Origin: Callorhinchus milii
Lineage: Eukaryota
NCBI RefSeq assembly: GCF_018977255.1
Contig: NW_024704743.1
Coordinates: forward strand, 106,580,001-106,644,000
DNA: 64,000 bases
Reading direction: 5' to 3'
Each line of letters starts with the position of its first letter. Position 1 is the stretch's first letter. Positions 1 through 13,973 of the stretch are shown here, in pieces. The translations under genes and the position numbers were made by a program. The notes beneath the pieces were generated by a model. It did not search any database, was not told the DNA's origin, and saw only the letters and a program-made list of their open reading frames with translations.

Positions 1-688
1 CAAATTTGCTGCTGCATTCACCTATACAACACACAGTTACTACACTTTACAATATATCTGTGAAGCTCTTTGGAGACAGCTTCCCGACATGAATGGCTCT
101 ATACAAACATGTAAAGATTCTTTTTATTATTCTTATTCTTATTATTAATTCCACCTACTGTTCAGAATTCAAGTTTGTGAAAAATTGTGGAAAATATTTA
201 AATTCACTCTTAATTTTTCTGCAGTTTTTAAAACTTACTGGCTTCCAAATTAGGCCTGTATTGAAGAATTTATCACAATTCTGAGCGATCTTACATTTTA
301 AGACAAAATGATGTTAGTGGTTGAGACTAGGTAAAACATTTAAAAAAAAATTTGTGCTTAATAGAACACAGAAAAGCATAGTCATTTCTAATTACTACAT
401 GATAATCTATAGTGACGCTCTACTATTGGATTCAGTAAATATGCAGTGCCATTATTACACACAGGATAACTCAAGTGAGAAATGTGTTGTGGGTTTTTAG
501 TAGGCTTTCCATGTTACTGTGACGAGCCTTCTAGCACACAAAACATCCTAGGTCTGGGTATAATTGGAAACAGCATGATCCCTGGTTTAGAAATATGCTT
601 TTGATATTGGCTGCACTTTAGACACCAGAAAATGAAAGATAGATAATAAGTTTTTAGGTGGAGTTATTATTTTTTGTTGTCATTGCTA

Positions 689-1605
689 ATCATAAAATTA
701 TACAGCACAGAAGGAGGCCATTCTTTGAAAGAGCTTTCCAAATTAATTCCACTCCCCCACTCTCTCCCTATAGCCCTGCAAATTTGTCCTCCCCAAATAT
801 CTATCTACTTCTCGCTTGAAAGTTGTTATCGAATCAGCTTCCACCACCCTTTCTGACAATGCATTCCAGATCTGAACAACTCGCTGTGTGAAAAAAATTC
901 TCCTCACCTCTCCTCTGGTTCTTTTGGCAACTATTTTAAATCTGTGTCCTCTGGTTACCGACCCATCTGCCAGTGGAAACAGTTTCTCCTTGTTCACTCT
1001 ATTGAATCCCCACATAATTTTGAATACTCTTTTAAATCTCCCCTTAGCCTTCTCTGCTGCAAGGAGAATAATCCTAGCTTCTCTAACCTCTCCTCGAAAA
1101 TGAAGTCCCTCATTCTTGGTACCACCCTTGTAAATCTCCTTTGCACCCTCTCCAAGGCCTTGACATTCTTCCTAAAGTGTGGTACCCAGAACTGAACACA
1201 GTACTCTAATTGAGGCCGAGCCAGTGTTTTATAAAGGTTCAGCATAACCTCCTTACTTTTGTATTCTATGCCCCTATTTATAAAGCCTAGTATCCCGTGT
1301 CCCGTTTGAACAGCTTTATCTACCTGACCCACCACTTTCAAAGATTTGCTTATGTGGCCCCCCCAGGTCTGTTTGTTCCTGCACCCCCTTTAAGATTGTA
1401 TCATCTAGCTTTCAATTGCCTCTCCTCATTCTTCCTCCCTAAATGCATCTCAGCTTTAAATTTCATCTGCCATGTGTCTGCCCATTTCACCAGTCTGTCT
1501 ATGTCCTCTTGCAGTCTATTACTATCCTTCTCACTGTTTACTACTTTTCCTAGCTTTGTATCATCTTTTCCTAGCTTTGTATCATTTCTAGCTTTTCCTA
1601 GCCTT
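689..1605 (-). mobile_element. CR1-type LINE, 5'-truncated 3' fragment (RT C-terminus + 3' UTR), frameshifted
   Basis: Minus-strand ORFs give CR1 RT C-terminal motifs (LQEDIDRLVKWADTWQMKF; NLYKTLARPQLEYCVQFWVPHFRKNVKALERVQRRFTR; RRIFFTQRVVQIWNAL). CR1 tail at ~689-720. Homologous to 19155-19480 and 60297-61062. Confidence 0.93.
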
Positions 1606-2379
1606 GTAATATGTGCAGGATAATCTTCTATACTATATTTACAAGCCACCATTGTTACAGTCAAAGGAAAAGGAGAGAAAAAACTAGGAACACAATTTTT
1701 TTTTCAATTTAGACATTTTTTTTATCCCTACCATAAATACAAAGATCGCTCTCCTCTCTGTCGTGCTCGTCAACAATAATTGCTGGAGAAATCATTCTGT
1801 TTGACCAGATTCATCAGAATTTCTGTCCCAATCTTTTCATGGCAATTGGGAACTACGGTTCTGCAGAAATGGACAGGTGCACTCCACAAGGCATCTATCA
1901 CTGCCCAATTTTCCTGTTGATTGGTCATCATTAACTAAACGTGAACCATTACTACTAATTACCTCTCTGCACTGCACTGCACATCACCCTGGCAACCAGT
2001 ACCCACGATGGCCAAAGATCATCATGGAAACAACGGGGAGAAAGAAGTTAGCCACCATTTTCAGTGATTCCCATTGTTGCCGGAAGAGTGGGCAATTAAA
2101 TAAATGCTCTCCAAAAAGTCATGAATCAATACTTTGAGAAGTTTCACACTGCTGGAATATTATTTTCTTGAGAAAGACATCTACAATTATATTCGGTACC
2201 AGAAGTGAAACATTACTTTATGACAAGCATCTGCACAATTACAACATTTAATTACGTAAACGGCTTCCTACAAGGCACAACTATAGTAAATGATGTATGA
2301 TGAATAGCCATGTATTCAGTCATAGGAAATTACTTAATAATAAACCAAGAAGGGTTAATGCTCAATCATAAAGCATTTA

Positions 2380-2675
2380 GAGTCCTGTAGCTCAGTGGTT
2401 AGACCACTCGCCTCGCAAGCAAGAGACCTGGGTTCGATTCCCAGCAGAGCACAACCTTGGGAAACTTTCCTTACTCCACACGCCTGCTAATAATCCCTCA
2501 AAAAAAAAGGTCACTTTAATCGACCACTGTTTGTGGGACACTGCTGTGTGCAATTGGCTGCCGCATTTCACCCACAAATTTAGTCAGTTCACTTTACAGT
2601 ATATTCTATGAAACTCTTTGAGACATCTAGAGGATGTGAAAAGCGCTATATCAAATGCAAGGATTATTATTATTA
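2380..2675 (+). mobile_element. tRNA-Ala-derived SINE, short subfamily
   Basis: Head GAGTCCTGTAGCTCAGTGG (A box) ... GGTTCGATTCC (B box), body TGTTTGTGGGACACTGCTGTG, L2-like tail and (ATT)n end; many copies in the window. Confidence 0.92.
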
Positions 2676-2959
2676 TAAAGGATTCACGACAATGCTGGTG
2701 ACCTATAATGGTGCTTCTGGTTCACACAGAGCATACATCTCGACCAGTGGTCAGGCTTTTTGGATCTATTGATCTTTTTCCTGTTCCTAAAACATCTTAA
2801 ATTATTTTGATAAACAGTTCATCTCAACTCTTGTGAAAGATCTGTCATATGGATTATTTTAAGTTCCTGTACAACATCAATTACTCTATGGCTTGGTGTT
2901 TAGTTCTTTCTAAAGTTGGAGGTTCGATCCTTAGCATGCCTGTGTTAGCTGAAAGAAGA

Positions 2960-3250
2960 TGGGCAGACGAGTGGGGTATCAGCAGGTCAGAGATAGAGCA
3001 TGATGGGATTTGTATGTGAGGGTGAGGATCTTGAAGTCGATCTATTGAGAGATAGGGAGCTAGTTGAGGCTGGTGAGGATTGGGGCGATGGGTGTGTGGA
3101 ATATAGTGTGGGTGAGGATATGGGTGGTGATGTTTAGTATTAGCTGAACCTTGTGGATGGGGGAGCTGGGAAAACTTTCTAGGAGTGCATTTGAGAAATC
3201 AAGGCAGGAGGTGACAAAAGCATGGATGAAGTTTTCGGCAGCATTTAGCG
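2960..3250 (-). mobile_element. L2-type LINE fragment (old)
   Basis: ORF 3060..3290 has AAENFIHAFVTSCLDFSNALL, an L2 RT C-terminal motif. Confidence 0.8.
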
Positions 3251-3634
3251 TATTTGCATTAAACTTCAATAATCCCTTGTGGGAAAGCATGCCATGTTCT
3301 AATAATCCTCTGCATGATTATTTTTATAATCTCCCTTTCCTTAGGGCTTTGAGTGACAATCTGCAGTTTATACTGTATTTGATTAGGTGAAATCAGTGAA
3401 TGGGTAAAATTATATTATTCTCTCAGACCCCTGTCAAATAAAACCCTGAAATATCATCTTGCTTATTGTTCTCCATTGTACAATTGAACAAAAGGACTAT
3501 GCACACAAGATAAACAAATGAAAAAGAATGAAAATCATTCATTACTAAAACAAATATGAGTACATGCAAACAGATAAGACAAAGTTAGTTCTGTGCTATC
3601 AGGGAGCATATTGCTGTATTAAGCAGTGAAGCTG

Positions 3635-3993
3635 TAATAATAAATAATCCTTGAAGTTGATATAGCGCCTATTCATGTCTTCTAGACGTCTCAAAACACT
3701 TCACAGAACGTACTGGAAAGTGAATTGATTTTATATTTTCTGGGCAAAATACACCAGCCAATTGTGCACAGCAATGTCCCACAAACAATCGGGGAATGAG
3801 TGAACACATTTTTAAAAAAAAAATATTTTGAAGGAATTATTATCTCTGGAAAAATGATCCACAAATCAAACGGGTTCCTACTTACTGCTAGGTAAACAGA
3901 GGCGTGTGGAGTAAGGAAACTTGCCCAACGTTTTGCCCGGCCGGGCATCGAACCCAGGTCTCTCGCTTGCGAGGGAAATGCTCTAACCACTGA
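3635..3993 (-). mobile_element. tRNA-Ala-derived SINE, long subfamily
   Basis: Reverse complement of the SINE including the internal CTGTTTACCTAGCAGTAAGTAGG segment and (AAT)n tail. Confidence 0.92.
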
Positions 3994-6059
3994 TTATTAT
4001 GGATGAGGATGTGCAATTGCTTCTGAAGTGCAGCTCACCTGCCCATAGAAGCCAACCAAGCTGTTGTGTTCTCCCTGGCTCATTGGACCTGATCAGCCAC
4101 TTGGTGTTACGTAGTTACGAAGAGACTTTACAACTGCGAATGTGCATTGGTTTCCATAACACCTGAGATATAGAGCAAATATTCCTGCCTACTGAAGTTC
4201 TTACGCAATTTTCCCTCTCCTCACTGTAGTATGTGTTGCAGAATTTCCAGGTTTGTGTGGAATTGCAAAGGCGCTTTGCTAATCTTCTCCATACCATTCC
4301 AATTCTTGTTGGTCATCCAATACAACATCTAAATTTTGCTCAAGCCCTCTGATGTTTAATCATTTGATGTGACCTAAAATGCAATTAGAATTATAATACC
4401 ACAGCGTGTATCATGCTGAATACTACATTGTCCATTGCCAGAGTATCTCCCACATGTCCAACTGTGGGAGTTAATGGAGATCTGAAAAAATGTTCCTCAT
4501 ATGAATCCTGTACCCATTAAAAACAATGATTTCTAAAAGCTAAAACAACAGCAAATGAACACTCCTGACTCTGAGTCAGAAGATTGTGGGTTCAAGCCAT
4601 GTGTAGGGACTTAAACTCATAGTCATAAACTGACACTCCAATGCACTGCTGTGCGCAAATTGGATGCTGTGTTCACTTACAAATATGCAGTACTTCACTT
4701 CACAATAAATCCTGTATAGTGCATTTAGACATCCACCTGACACGAATAGCTCTCTACCAAATGCACAAATTATTTCTGTAGCTCTTAAAATAATTTTCAA
4801 AAAATCGCTTCAAAATCAGGGTTGCATTTAAGAATTTGCCAAATTCTGGACACTCTAAAATGCTACATTGAGTAAATCTAGATCCAGGTGGAATTTCTCT
4901 CTAGTAGTACCTTGCTTGTTAAACAAAAGTACAGGATATGCCCCAAAACACTTGGAATCAAAGTAATGCACAAGTCAAATGGAATGCAGGTTTGATCCAA
5001 CCTTTAAGACATACTAATTATCATGCCCTTTATCCTGCAATTTTCGGAATGGCATTGAATTACTATTTTCATGAAATGACTCCCTGATGTGCAGGCATCC
5101 TGATCATATTGGTACAATTATGTACAAAGGCCGTGTTGAAATGGTGGCTTGATAGTGGAAAGACTTAACAGCTGCAGGGTAACTGCCAGTTCATATCCTT
5201 TGTTTCCCTTTGAGTCCCATGAAATGCTTTATAACAGAAATTGTATTTGTTTAAGTAGATTCATGTAGCTTTCAAATTTGTTTTTTCATATCATTGTGTA
5301 AAGGGTGTAGAAAATTGAAGCAGACAATACTATTTTACATTGTAAATCTATTATGATCCAAGTCTTCTTATGCCTCTTTGTTGATAGTGTTGCAGGTTTT
5401 GGGTTAGAAAAAAAAGCATATTTAATAAATTGCTGATCAAAACATATGGGCATCTTTGTTCTTGAACTTGGTGGTAACTAGCATACAGTTAGAGGTAATA
5501 TGTTTTATTGAGTGTCCTAATCTACTACTGATAGGTAAGGTACTTGATTTAATTATTGTACCTGCTAGAGCCACCAATTGTAAAAAGTTAAAGTTTCCAC
5601 CAAAGGAGAAAGCTTTTTGATAAAAAGAAATCTCTTGGGGAAAAAGAAAAAGCAATTTTGCTGGAAGCGTTGCTTCAGGCAATTTCTACTTTAAATTCAT
5701 TGAATCAAAATCTTTAACTTTAGAAATGTCATCCATTGTCACATTCATTGCTTTCATCCTTTCCTGAGTTGCATTTTCTCAGCAAAATCTGTCCTTTCCA
5801 GATTCCAACCCTTTTGTAGTGAGAGAGACAAATGCGGGTTAAAATTCTTTGGATAAGATTAAATAATCTTGTGTGGGGGTATACCTTGTCTAAAATAAAA
5901 TCTCTGTGTTTGTGCAGAAATATGACATCACTACACAAGGCAATTATTCTCATGCTTCGGGATATTACCCCGTGTGAAGGGTGCTATAGAAATGCAACTT
6001 GTTGTTGTTATTGTGCTCTGTGGACATATTGATTGGTGTGACCTAAACACTGTTCGCCA

Positions 6060-6520
6060 TTTGATTCAAATACAGCAATTATTTGTGTACGACTAAATGG
6101 GCACAGTGGGGATTAGTTGGGCCACTTGGCCTGTTTCTGTGCTGTATCACATTATGTAATACTTCTAGATAACTTTGAGGCAATTTTACACCATAAATAA
6201 CATGAAAAGCACTTTTAAAAAAACATAAAATTACTGTACATTGCAGATTGTTTTGCTGAAAGAGTCAATTCCAACACTTTTTTAAAATATGCACAGAAGA
6301 CTTTGGAGCAGGAGTTTGAAGTACAGCTTCCTCTGAGAGCTGGTGCAGACCTGATGGGCTGAATGACCGTCTTCTACTTTATAAATTTATATAATTCTAT
6401 GAAAGGGAAAGAAAGGGGAATTGGGAATTGAGTATGTAAATCCAGGGAGGAGTTACACAAGCTAGGCTCAATAGACCAAATGGCCTCAGCGGTGTTGTAG
6501 TTTTCATCTGTGATCTAAAT
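6060..6520 (+). mobile_element. Cluster of degenerate CR1 3'-UTR tails
   Basis: TGGCCTGTTTCTGTGCTGTAT and GATGGGCTGAATGACC...ATTCTATG motifs resemble the tail at 61020-61062. Confidence 0.55.
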
Positions 6521-6649
6521 GAAACATATCAGATTGCCATTGATAATAGAATCACTGCTTGCAAAGATCATCCTGTAGGTTAGAATTGCACTTCAATGGG
6601 AATAAAAATGTCTTCACGAGGATTTAATACAAATTATTGAATTCATTTG

Positions 6650-7020
6650 TGTTCATTTGAGAGCACTCTTGATTCTGGGGAGAAGGTTTTAGGTTCGAAT
6701 CTCACATTGTGATGTGAACCTATTGCCTAGGCTGACACTCCAGTGCAGTACTGTATTATTGGAGTGGCTTTCTTTGGGTGAGATATAAAATATAGGTTTG
6801 CGCATCGTTCAGATTCTATAACACTGCCGGTACAGAGAAGGAAGTTTGTCCCACAATGTCTTGGTCAAAAACCCTCTAGATAAATTGTTCATGGAATCTT
6901 GCTATACGCAAAATATCTAATGCATTTGCTGAAATAAACAGTCACTACACTTGACAGTAATTACTGTTAATCAGTTTTCAACATAATAAAGAACTATAAA
7001 AATCCAACTTTATTCTTTAT
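6650..7020 (+). mobile_element. Deu-domain SINE (SacSINE1/AmnSINE1-like), degenerate
   Basis: tRNA-like head (GAAGGTTTTAGGTTCGAATC), GCTGACACTCCAGTGCAGTACTG, tail CAGTCACTACACTT; aligns by eye with 59560-59950. Confidence 0.7.
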
Positions 7021-7607
7021 TTTAAGTATTCTTGCATGTAATTCTCTCTGCTTGTCCTTTGACAGTTTTAATGGATTTAGATAATAGCATAAAAATGTGT
7101 AATTAAAAAACTTTTATGCTTTTATTTACATTTAAGCTGGAATTTGAGGTAGGGACAATAATTATTATGATCTTATCATAATTCCAACAGGAGCGAACAA
7201 CAGCATTGAGGAATTAAAACTGGCTCTCGTTATGTTGGAACAGTAATTGCAAAATGTACTTAGTATTCAAAATGTGTCTCTTAATTATTTTAAAACAAGC
7301 CATAATTTGAATTTATTGTCTCACTTTACATTCAAAGTTTATAAATACGGGCAATGCCGCTAATCACAGTCCATAAATGATCCAGAATGGTTTTGATGGC
7401 ACCTTAATCAATAGTAAGCCTAAACTAATTTAGGCAATTAAATATTCATGGTTTCTTATCAGTGTGTAAGCAGGGCCTGTTTTGAGTGACTGGCAGACTT
7501 ATATTTTTTCGGTCAGCCGAGTGTCTGATACATGCAGAAACCCATCACCTTGTTTTGTAGTATCCAAACTAGACTAAGTGTTCTGCATATTTATATCACC
7601 TGCATAT

Positions 7608-7990
7608 GGAAATGTTCCTGTGTCTGGAATAGAAGGCACATTTTCTGCCTGAAGGGACACACCCTGTTTACCTAATCTGAAGAGTATTCAGCACAGGTTG
7701 GTGAGAGCAAAGTCTTGGGGCCCCCACGGTTTGCTTTGGGGTACAGCTCAAGTTTAACTAGCCAAAACGACACAGCTTGCCAATGAAAGCGCTGTCTGGG
7801 AAGCTTCTTGCTGCTTATCTAACTAGGACTGCTCTACCCTTTAGGGCTTTGTGTAGCATGGTTAACAGGAGCTGAATGAGATGAATCACTACCTCAGTGA
7901 CTGCCCTACCACTCCAAGTCTTGCCGGTGAACCAGGCTGTCTGATCTGTCATCAGCAGTGCCTTGGAGTACTGCGGAACTGTTGTGCTCA
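7608..7990 (+). repeat. Unclassified interspersed repeat, copy 1
   Basis: Aligns by eye with 35634-36095, 11625-11955 and the reverse complement of 30412-30510 (e.g. TTAGGGCTTTG, GGTTAACAGGAGCTGA, ATCAGCAGTGCC). Confidence 0.8.
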
Positions 7991-8376
7991 TGAAAAGGCT
8001 ACCAAGACTGCCACAGACATTAGATTTCAACATTGCTTTGCTAATTCTGCTTACTAGTTCGTCGGGCAGACATATCCAATAATTAAGATGTTATAAATAG
8101 AAAAGTAATTTTCTTCCAAACACAAGAATTCCTGCATTTTTAATTCACTTCTGAAATAACTTCAAATTTTGCTGGTGGATATGAAAGGAAATGTGATGTG
8201 AAGTAATCTCCCACAAAATAGGAACAAAAGCAAAGGAAAATCATTTGTTATGTAATATATCTAACATTAATGTATGGATTTAAAAAATCATTACAATTAT
8301 TTATAAGTCCACAGCAAAAACTGCAAGATACTTATTAAATGGAGGATTAAACCCCTGTTGAGACTATGGATGTGAC

Positions 8377-8742
8377 ATAATAATAATCCTTGCATTTGAT
8401 ATAATGCCTTATCACATCTTCGAGACGTCTCAAAGCGTTTCACAGAATATATTGAAAAGTGAATTGACTATACTTTATGGGCAAAACGCGGCAGTCAATT
8501 GTACACAGCAGTGTCCCACAAAAAGTTGTGGATTGAAGTGACCAATTTATTATTATTATTATTTTTTTGAAGGAATTATTACCCCTGGAAAAGCAATCTA
8601 CCAATCGACTAAAAACTGTGCTCCTACTTATTGCCAGATAAACGGAGGCTTGTGGAGTAAGAAAACTTGCCCAACATTTTGCCCTGAGGGAATCAAACCC
8701 AGGTTGTGAGGCGAGTGCTCTAACTATTGAGGTGTAGGACTC
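8377..8742 (-). mobile_element. tRNA-Ala-derived SINE, long subfamily
   Basis: Full reverse-complement SINE ending ...TAGGACTC, with (AAT)n tail. Confidence 0.92.
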
Positions 8743-9809
8743 CACATGATAGACATGAAATCTATCATGAAACATTGCATTTTCAATGGCTTCTCACATT
8801 TTGTCGCTGTTACTACTGTTTTCTTTCCTTTTAGTTAAGGATGAGATCAAGTAAGTCAAAGAGCCTTCTTCATCCTTATCCCTTTTGTGATCTTGTTGAT
8901 TCATTCCCTTGAAGCTCAGTAGTGCTATTTGATTAAGTTTACATGTTGGTGATATTACGGTGATTACAAGGTGCCTGGTGCAGTGGTTACTTAATCCTCA
9001 TATTGAGTTGGTCTGGAATAGATTGCAGACATCAATCTAATGCAGAAATGTTGTTTATCCAGCTGTTTTGAAGAAAAAGAATATTTGAGTGTACCACATG
9101 ATCTGATGGACTGTGCAGAACAAAACAAATAAAGGTATTGAAAATCATATTGTGAAATGTGCAGTCTAAGTCTTTCTTTCAGAGTTCAGTACAGAGCTTA
9201 TTTTAATATAAATCAGCCATCCAACTTGTTTATACATCAATTACATGACCAATTTTCAATAATGATAAGAACAATGTTTACACAAGTTTACTTTTGGAAT
9301 CCTGTGAAGTTGTGTGGTAGTTTTCTAATAGATCAGCTGTGATGCCACATGGATTGAAAAGCATATATTGAGCTTTCGCGGCACAGTGCAAGTGATATTC
9401 CATCATTCCCAGTAGTATAAATACAGCATGAAATGTGGCTGGCAATGTATTGCAAGAGCACTCAAGGATTTGGTTAATATCATAAACTGCTGATGAAAAG
9501 CACAAGTGTTTTACACAGTCACATGAACACTGAGATAATGGAGATTTATAACAGGATTCACTATTAGTGTCTCAGAGACAATAACAGGGAATCCTTCCAA
9601 TTACCGAAAGTATGTCATGGACACGCGAGTGTGAATCACGTGAATACAGAGCTTCGGAACGTAGATCAATTTGTCAACTGTAACCAGATCCAAGTTACTT
9701 ACAGGATTCCCATTCGTGATTCTGAGTCTCTATTAATAAATCTGACACTTTTTCAACCGCAATATGTCACAGCTTTGAACACACAATCCAATTGTCTTAA
9801 TTTATTTTA

Positions 9810-9990
9810 TAATAATAATAATAATATTTGCATTTGATATAGTGCCTTATCACATCTTTGAGATGCCTCAAAGCGCTTCACGGAATATACTGTAAAGTGG
9901 TGTAATGTTGATTTTGTGGATGGAAGTGGCAGCCCAGTTGCTTACAGTAATGTCCCACAAACAACCATGGAGTGAATAACCAATTTTATT
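9810..9990 (-). mobile_element. SINE 3' half
   Basis: (AAT)n + TTGCATTTGATATAG...TGTCCCACAAACA. Confidence 0.8.
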
Positions 9991-11095
9991 TGGGGAATTA
10001 TTGGACAGGATACTGGAAGAAACTGGGAGAAACAACAAGATCACATGAAACCAGGCTTAAGGACAATGTAGTGATTCTCAACGTGATTGTGGTGATAAAA
10101 GGCTAACTGCATCATGCCCTAATATCATAAAATAAATATCCTTGTTACATTTTTGTCACTGTTGTGTATTTAAACCCCCAAGACTGCATTATATTTTGCG
10201 AGACAGCTGTAGCATCTGACACTTTATTTCAAAGCAATTCACAAGACAGTGTCCACAGACATTGTTGCCCTTCGTGCCAGCGTCTTGTTGAAAGAGAATC
10301 ACTCAGTCAGAAGTCGTATAGGTTCGCTGGAAGGTCATGGAGACTTGAGAATGAGGAAAGAGTAAAAGTAATATTAACAGAGAGGAATATTCACCTTTTG
10401 GAGACAAATACAAAAAGATTTTGGACAGAATCAGTGGCTTTTCTGCTTCAGTGATCAGTTTCTGCATAAAACTGGTGTCTAGACTGGCATAAATGGATAT
10501 AAACCTGTGCGAACAACTCTTTTTTAGATAAAGTACATCAGATAGTTTTTTTTCTTTTTGAACCTATGCATGGCTTATGAAAAGGTAATGAGCTTTGTGA
10601 TTGCTCTGTGCTGTTCTGAATCAAACATAATAAACACCGTAACATTTTATATTCTATAGATATAGTTTATTTTCTTTAGTAAAGTGTATGGCAAATTGCT
10701 GAATCTTTATGGTAATTACTATTATGATCAGTTTCAGACATGACAATGTTATCAATTGCACTAACAAAATACTGAAACTATAATCTGTTGTCAAGAAAAT
10801 TACTGAAAAAAATAGACAGTCAATTTTACTAACGTATGTAATTCACCTGTGTGACAGGATTGTGACTTTATCTAGTGTAGCCAGGATTATACATAAAGGA
10901 CCACGCTTTCAACTCACTTGGTGGTGCTACTTATCAGTGCCTCAGATGCCAGTAAGATTTTACATAAATTGTTATAGTACTGCAACAACAAAGTGCATTT
11001 GCATTTGCATTTCACTTCAGGAGGGCATCCCAAGGTGCTGAAATATCCATAATACGCTCAGAGATGCTGTCAGGCGTGAAGGGCACGATAGAATG

Positions 11096-11415
11096 TGTCC
11101 TGTAGTTCAGTAGTTAGAGTACTTTCCTTGCTAGCGAGACACCTGGGTTCAATTCCAGGCGGGGCGAAACCTTGAGCAAGTTTCCTTACTCCACACGCCT
11201 AATAATAATCCTTTCAAAAACAAAACAATAATAAATTGGCCATTTTCAATCCACAACTGTTCGTGGGACACTGCTGTGCGCAATTGGCTGCCGCGTTTCG
11301 CCCACAAATATACAGTCAATTCACTTTACAGCATATTCTGTGAAGCTCTTTGAGACGTCGAGAAGACATGAAAAGCGCTACATCAAATGCAAGGATTATT
11401 ACTATTATTATTATT
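11096..11415 (+). mobile_element. tRNA-Ala-derived SINE, short subfamily
   Basis: GTCCTGTAG head, CCACACGCCTAATAATAATCC short junction, tail GCAAGGATTATT. Confidence 0.92.
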
Positions 11416-11624
11416 AGAAATGCAAGTTGCTGTTGTTGTAATACACTGAACAAAATGGCAGTTGCTGTAGATTCAAGGTATTCATCCTAGAGAACTGTTC
11501 ATTTTATCACCAAGTTGGTGTCATTTGTATGTGATATTTTGTTGAGCTGAATACGCCCCACAGTTTTTTGGATTATGATTTAGAGTTGAGACCTCCTTTA
11601 GGACGTGGCCTTGTGCTGCTCGAG

Positions 11625-11955
11625 CTGACAATGTTTCCGTTTGTCTGGAATGGAGTGCGCACTGTCTCCCTGGAGCGATGCGTCCTGCTCACCTAATCCT
11701 GGAAAGTATCCAGGAGACCCCAGAATGTGTGTTGTGCAACTGCTGGAGTTTAACCAGCTAAACCGCAAAGCTTGCCACTGCAAATCACATCTGGCTAGCT
11801 TTCTACCATGTGGGAAGAATGCCTGACCCCGGAAATTGGTCTGGTCTGCCCCAACAAGTCCTGTCAATGAGCCAGATTGACTGATCTGTTGTTAGCAGTG
11901 CTCTGCAGTTCTACAGCCCCACCTGCTTCAAGAGCTTGACGTTCGAGACTGCAAA
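11625..11955 (+). repeat. Unclassified interspersed repeat, copy 2 (internally deleted)
   Basis: CTGCTGGAGTTTAACCAGCTAAACCGC...GCTTGCCA and ATGAGCCAG...AGCAGTGC shared with 35634-36095. Confidence 0.75.
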
Positions 11956-13844
11956 AGAAAATTGATCTGATTTTGATAATCTGTTGTCAGACACATTACT
12001 TTGGAACCAGTTCATCCCCAAAGAGACTACACTTACCCACCGCCCAACCTGCCTCCCCATCACCACCAGAGGATAATTTTATGTTAACCTCTTCAACAGT
12101 GCCTTTGGCCACCTCCCCCACCCCCCGCCCACACACACATCTTCCTTGCTCAATGTCCAAATCTGCCCGCTGTACAGTGCTCTGAGACATTAACCTACAT
12201 GAAGCGTACTATAATCAATGCAATTATTGTTGTTATTTAAGAGCTCTTCACTACCATTGAAAATTAGCCAGTATCCTTACACATACGATCTGGAGATCTG
12301 GGTGTGCACATAGATTGAGCAGAGCTTTGCGTTGCTAAACTTAGTGTAAGAGAACGAGAGAGTCAAGTGTCAGTGGTGCTCTCATTACCTTTCTGCAGAA
12401 GAGTTTCTACAGCTGTTCCTTTAAGATGGAATGTGTGTGCCTTTACAGTACAGTTTAATAAAACACTCCTGAAGTCATATTCACATAAAGGATCTATTGT
12501 TAAATAATGTCAGTTCACGTAAGCTTTAAGGCGTTTGATGAACGTGTCTGATCTACGCTAAAACGTGGATCTTGTCAATCAATACTGCTTATGAAGCTTC
12601 CACGCTACACACCTTATGTCTGCTGAGAGATGTGTCGAGAAGCTTGTCATAGATATCCCCTATTTCCTCCACAGCACATGCCTACAACACAATTGTACTT
12701 ATGTTCTGCATATTGCAGGGTTTGCACTCTGTTCCCTAGCAATGTCTAATTGCCACCTTCCGGCTTAATATGCAACCACAAGACAAAGGAGGGAAGCCTA
12801 GCTGTTCTGACAGCTGTCTTCATAATTGCCACTTCAAAATGCATAGGTACGTACACTCAGTTATCAAGCTACATTGCTGTAGCTGCAGGACTGTGTATAG
12901 GAGAAAGCTGTCACATCCATAAAGTTCAAAGCTAAGGCCATGTTGTTTTGTTTCACAGAGCATTCCAACCTAACTACAGACTTTTTTTTCCTCAATATGT
13001 CCAATAATCATAAGTATACTGCAGTCTTCTTTATCTTAATTGTTAATATAATTCTCATTCACGTATGCTGTTTTACAAGGTTCATTTTGCTGCATATTTC
13101 CGAGCTGTTCCTTACAAACTGGTCTTTCATTTTAGCTTCCAATCCCATCTATTCTTTATTTAATAAATCTGAACTTCATCCAGTGTTTAAACTGACATTT
13201 TTCTGTCTGATAACATGATGCCGTAATTTATTTATTGACCTCTATCCAAGTTCTGGTTAGATTACTACAAAAAACTATTGACATTGTACTTCTCAATGTG
13301 CAAATGGAATAATATCCATGTAAGTTATTCAATATTAAGGTGATGGAATTATTTTCAAAATTCACTTTTATGACGTGAAACATTTGGACAGCAATAAGTA
13401 TACAGTATGCAAAAATGATATCAAAATACATATATGGTATTGTTTCAGAATGATCAATGCTTATTCAAACTGCTGTCCATAGTGTAATGCCGTTTACCCA
13501 TTGATCAATGATCCCCAACACAGTTTAGTTGCTTTTACTTCTGTATTTTGCCTTTATACTTTTCATAACTGGAGTGCTTCAGTCCTGTATGGACATTAGT
13601 ACTATACATAGCAATGTACACATGCATAACATTGGATTTTTGAGTAATGTTCTACTTTGTTGAACAATAGTTTCCTCTATTCAGCGGTTGTCTCAGTCTA
13701 ATGCTTCAGATGTCAATTTCCACTAGCAGCTGACAATTAATGCACTGTTATGCTGGTAGTGCTTCCAATTTTCCTTGATCACATCAACTGAAGATGTAGA
13801 AACCTTTTATTTAAATTTCAGAAGATATGATCAGATCCCACCGT

Positions 13845-13973
13845 TTGTTTTGATATTTTCACCCACAAAACAGTCAATTCACTTTACGGTATATTCTGTG
13901 AAGCGCTTTGAGATGTCTCAAAGATGTGATAAAGCGCTATATCAAATGCAAGGATTATTATATTATATATTAT
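13845..13973 (+). mobile_element. SINE 3' tail
   Basis: CAGTCAATTCACTTTAC...GCGCTATATCAAATGCAAGGATTATTA. Confidence 0.85.

Noticed and set aside
10164..10454. 96-aa ORF in unique sequence
   Set aside because: Non-ATG start, no recognisable domain or convincing splice signals; the length is within chance expectation.
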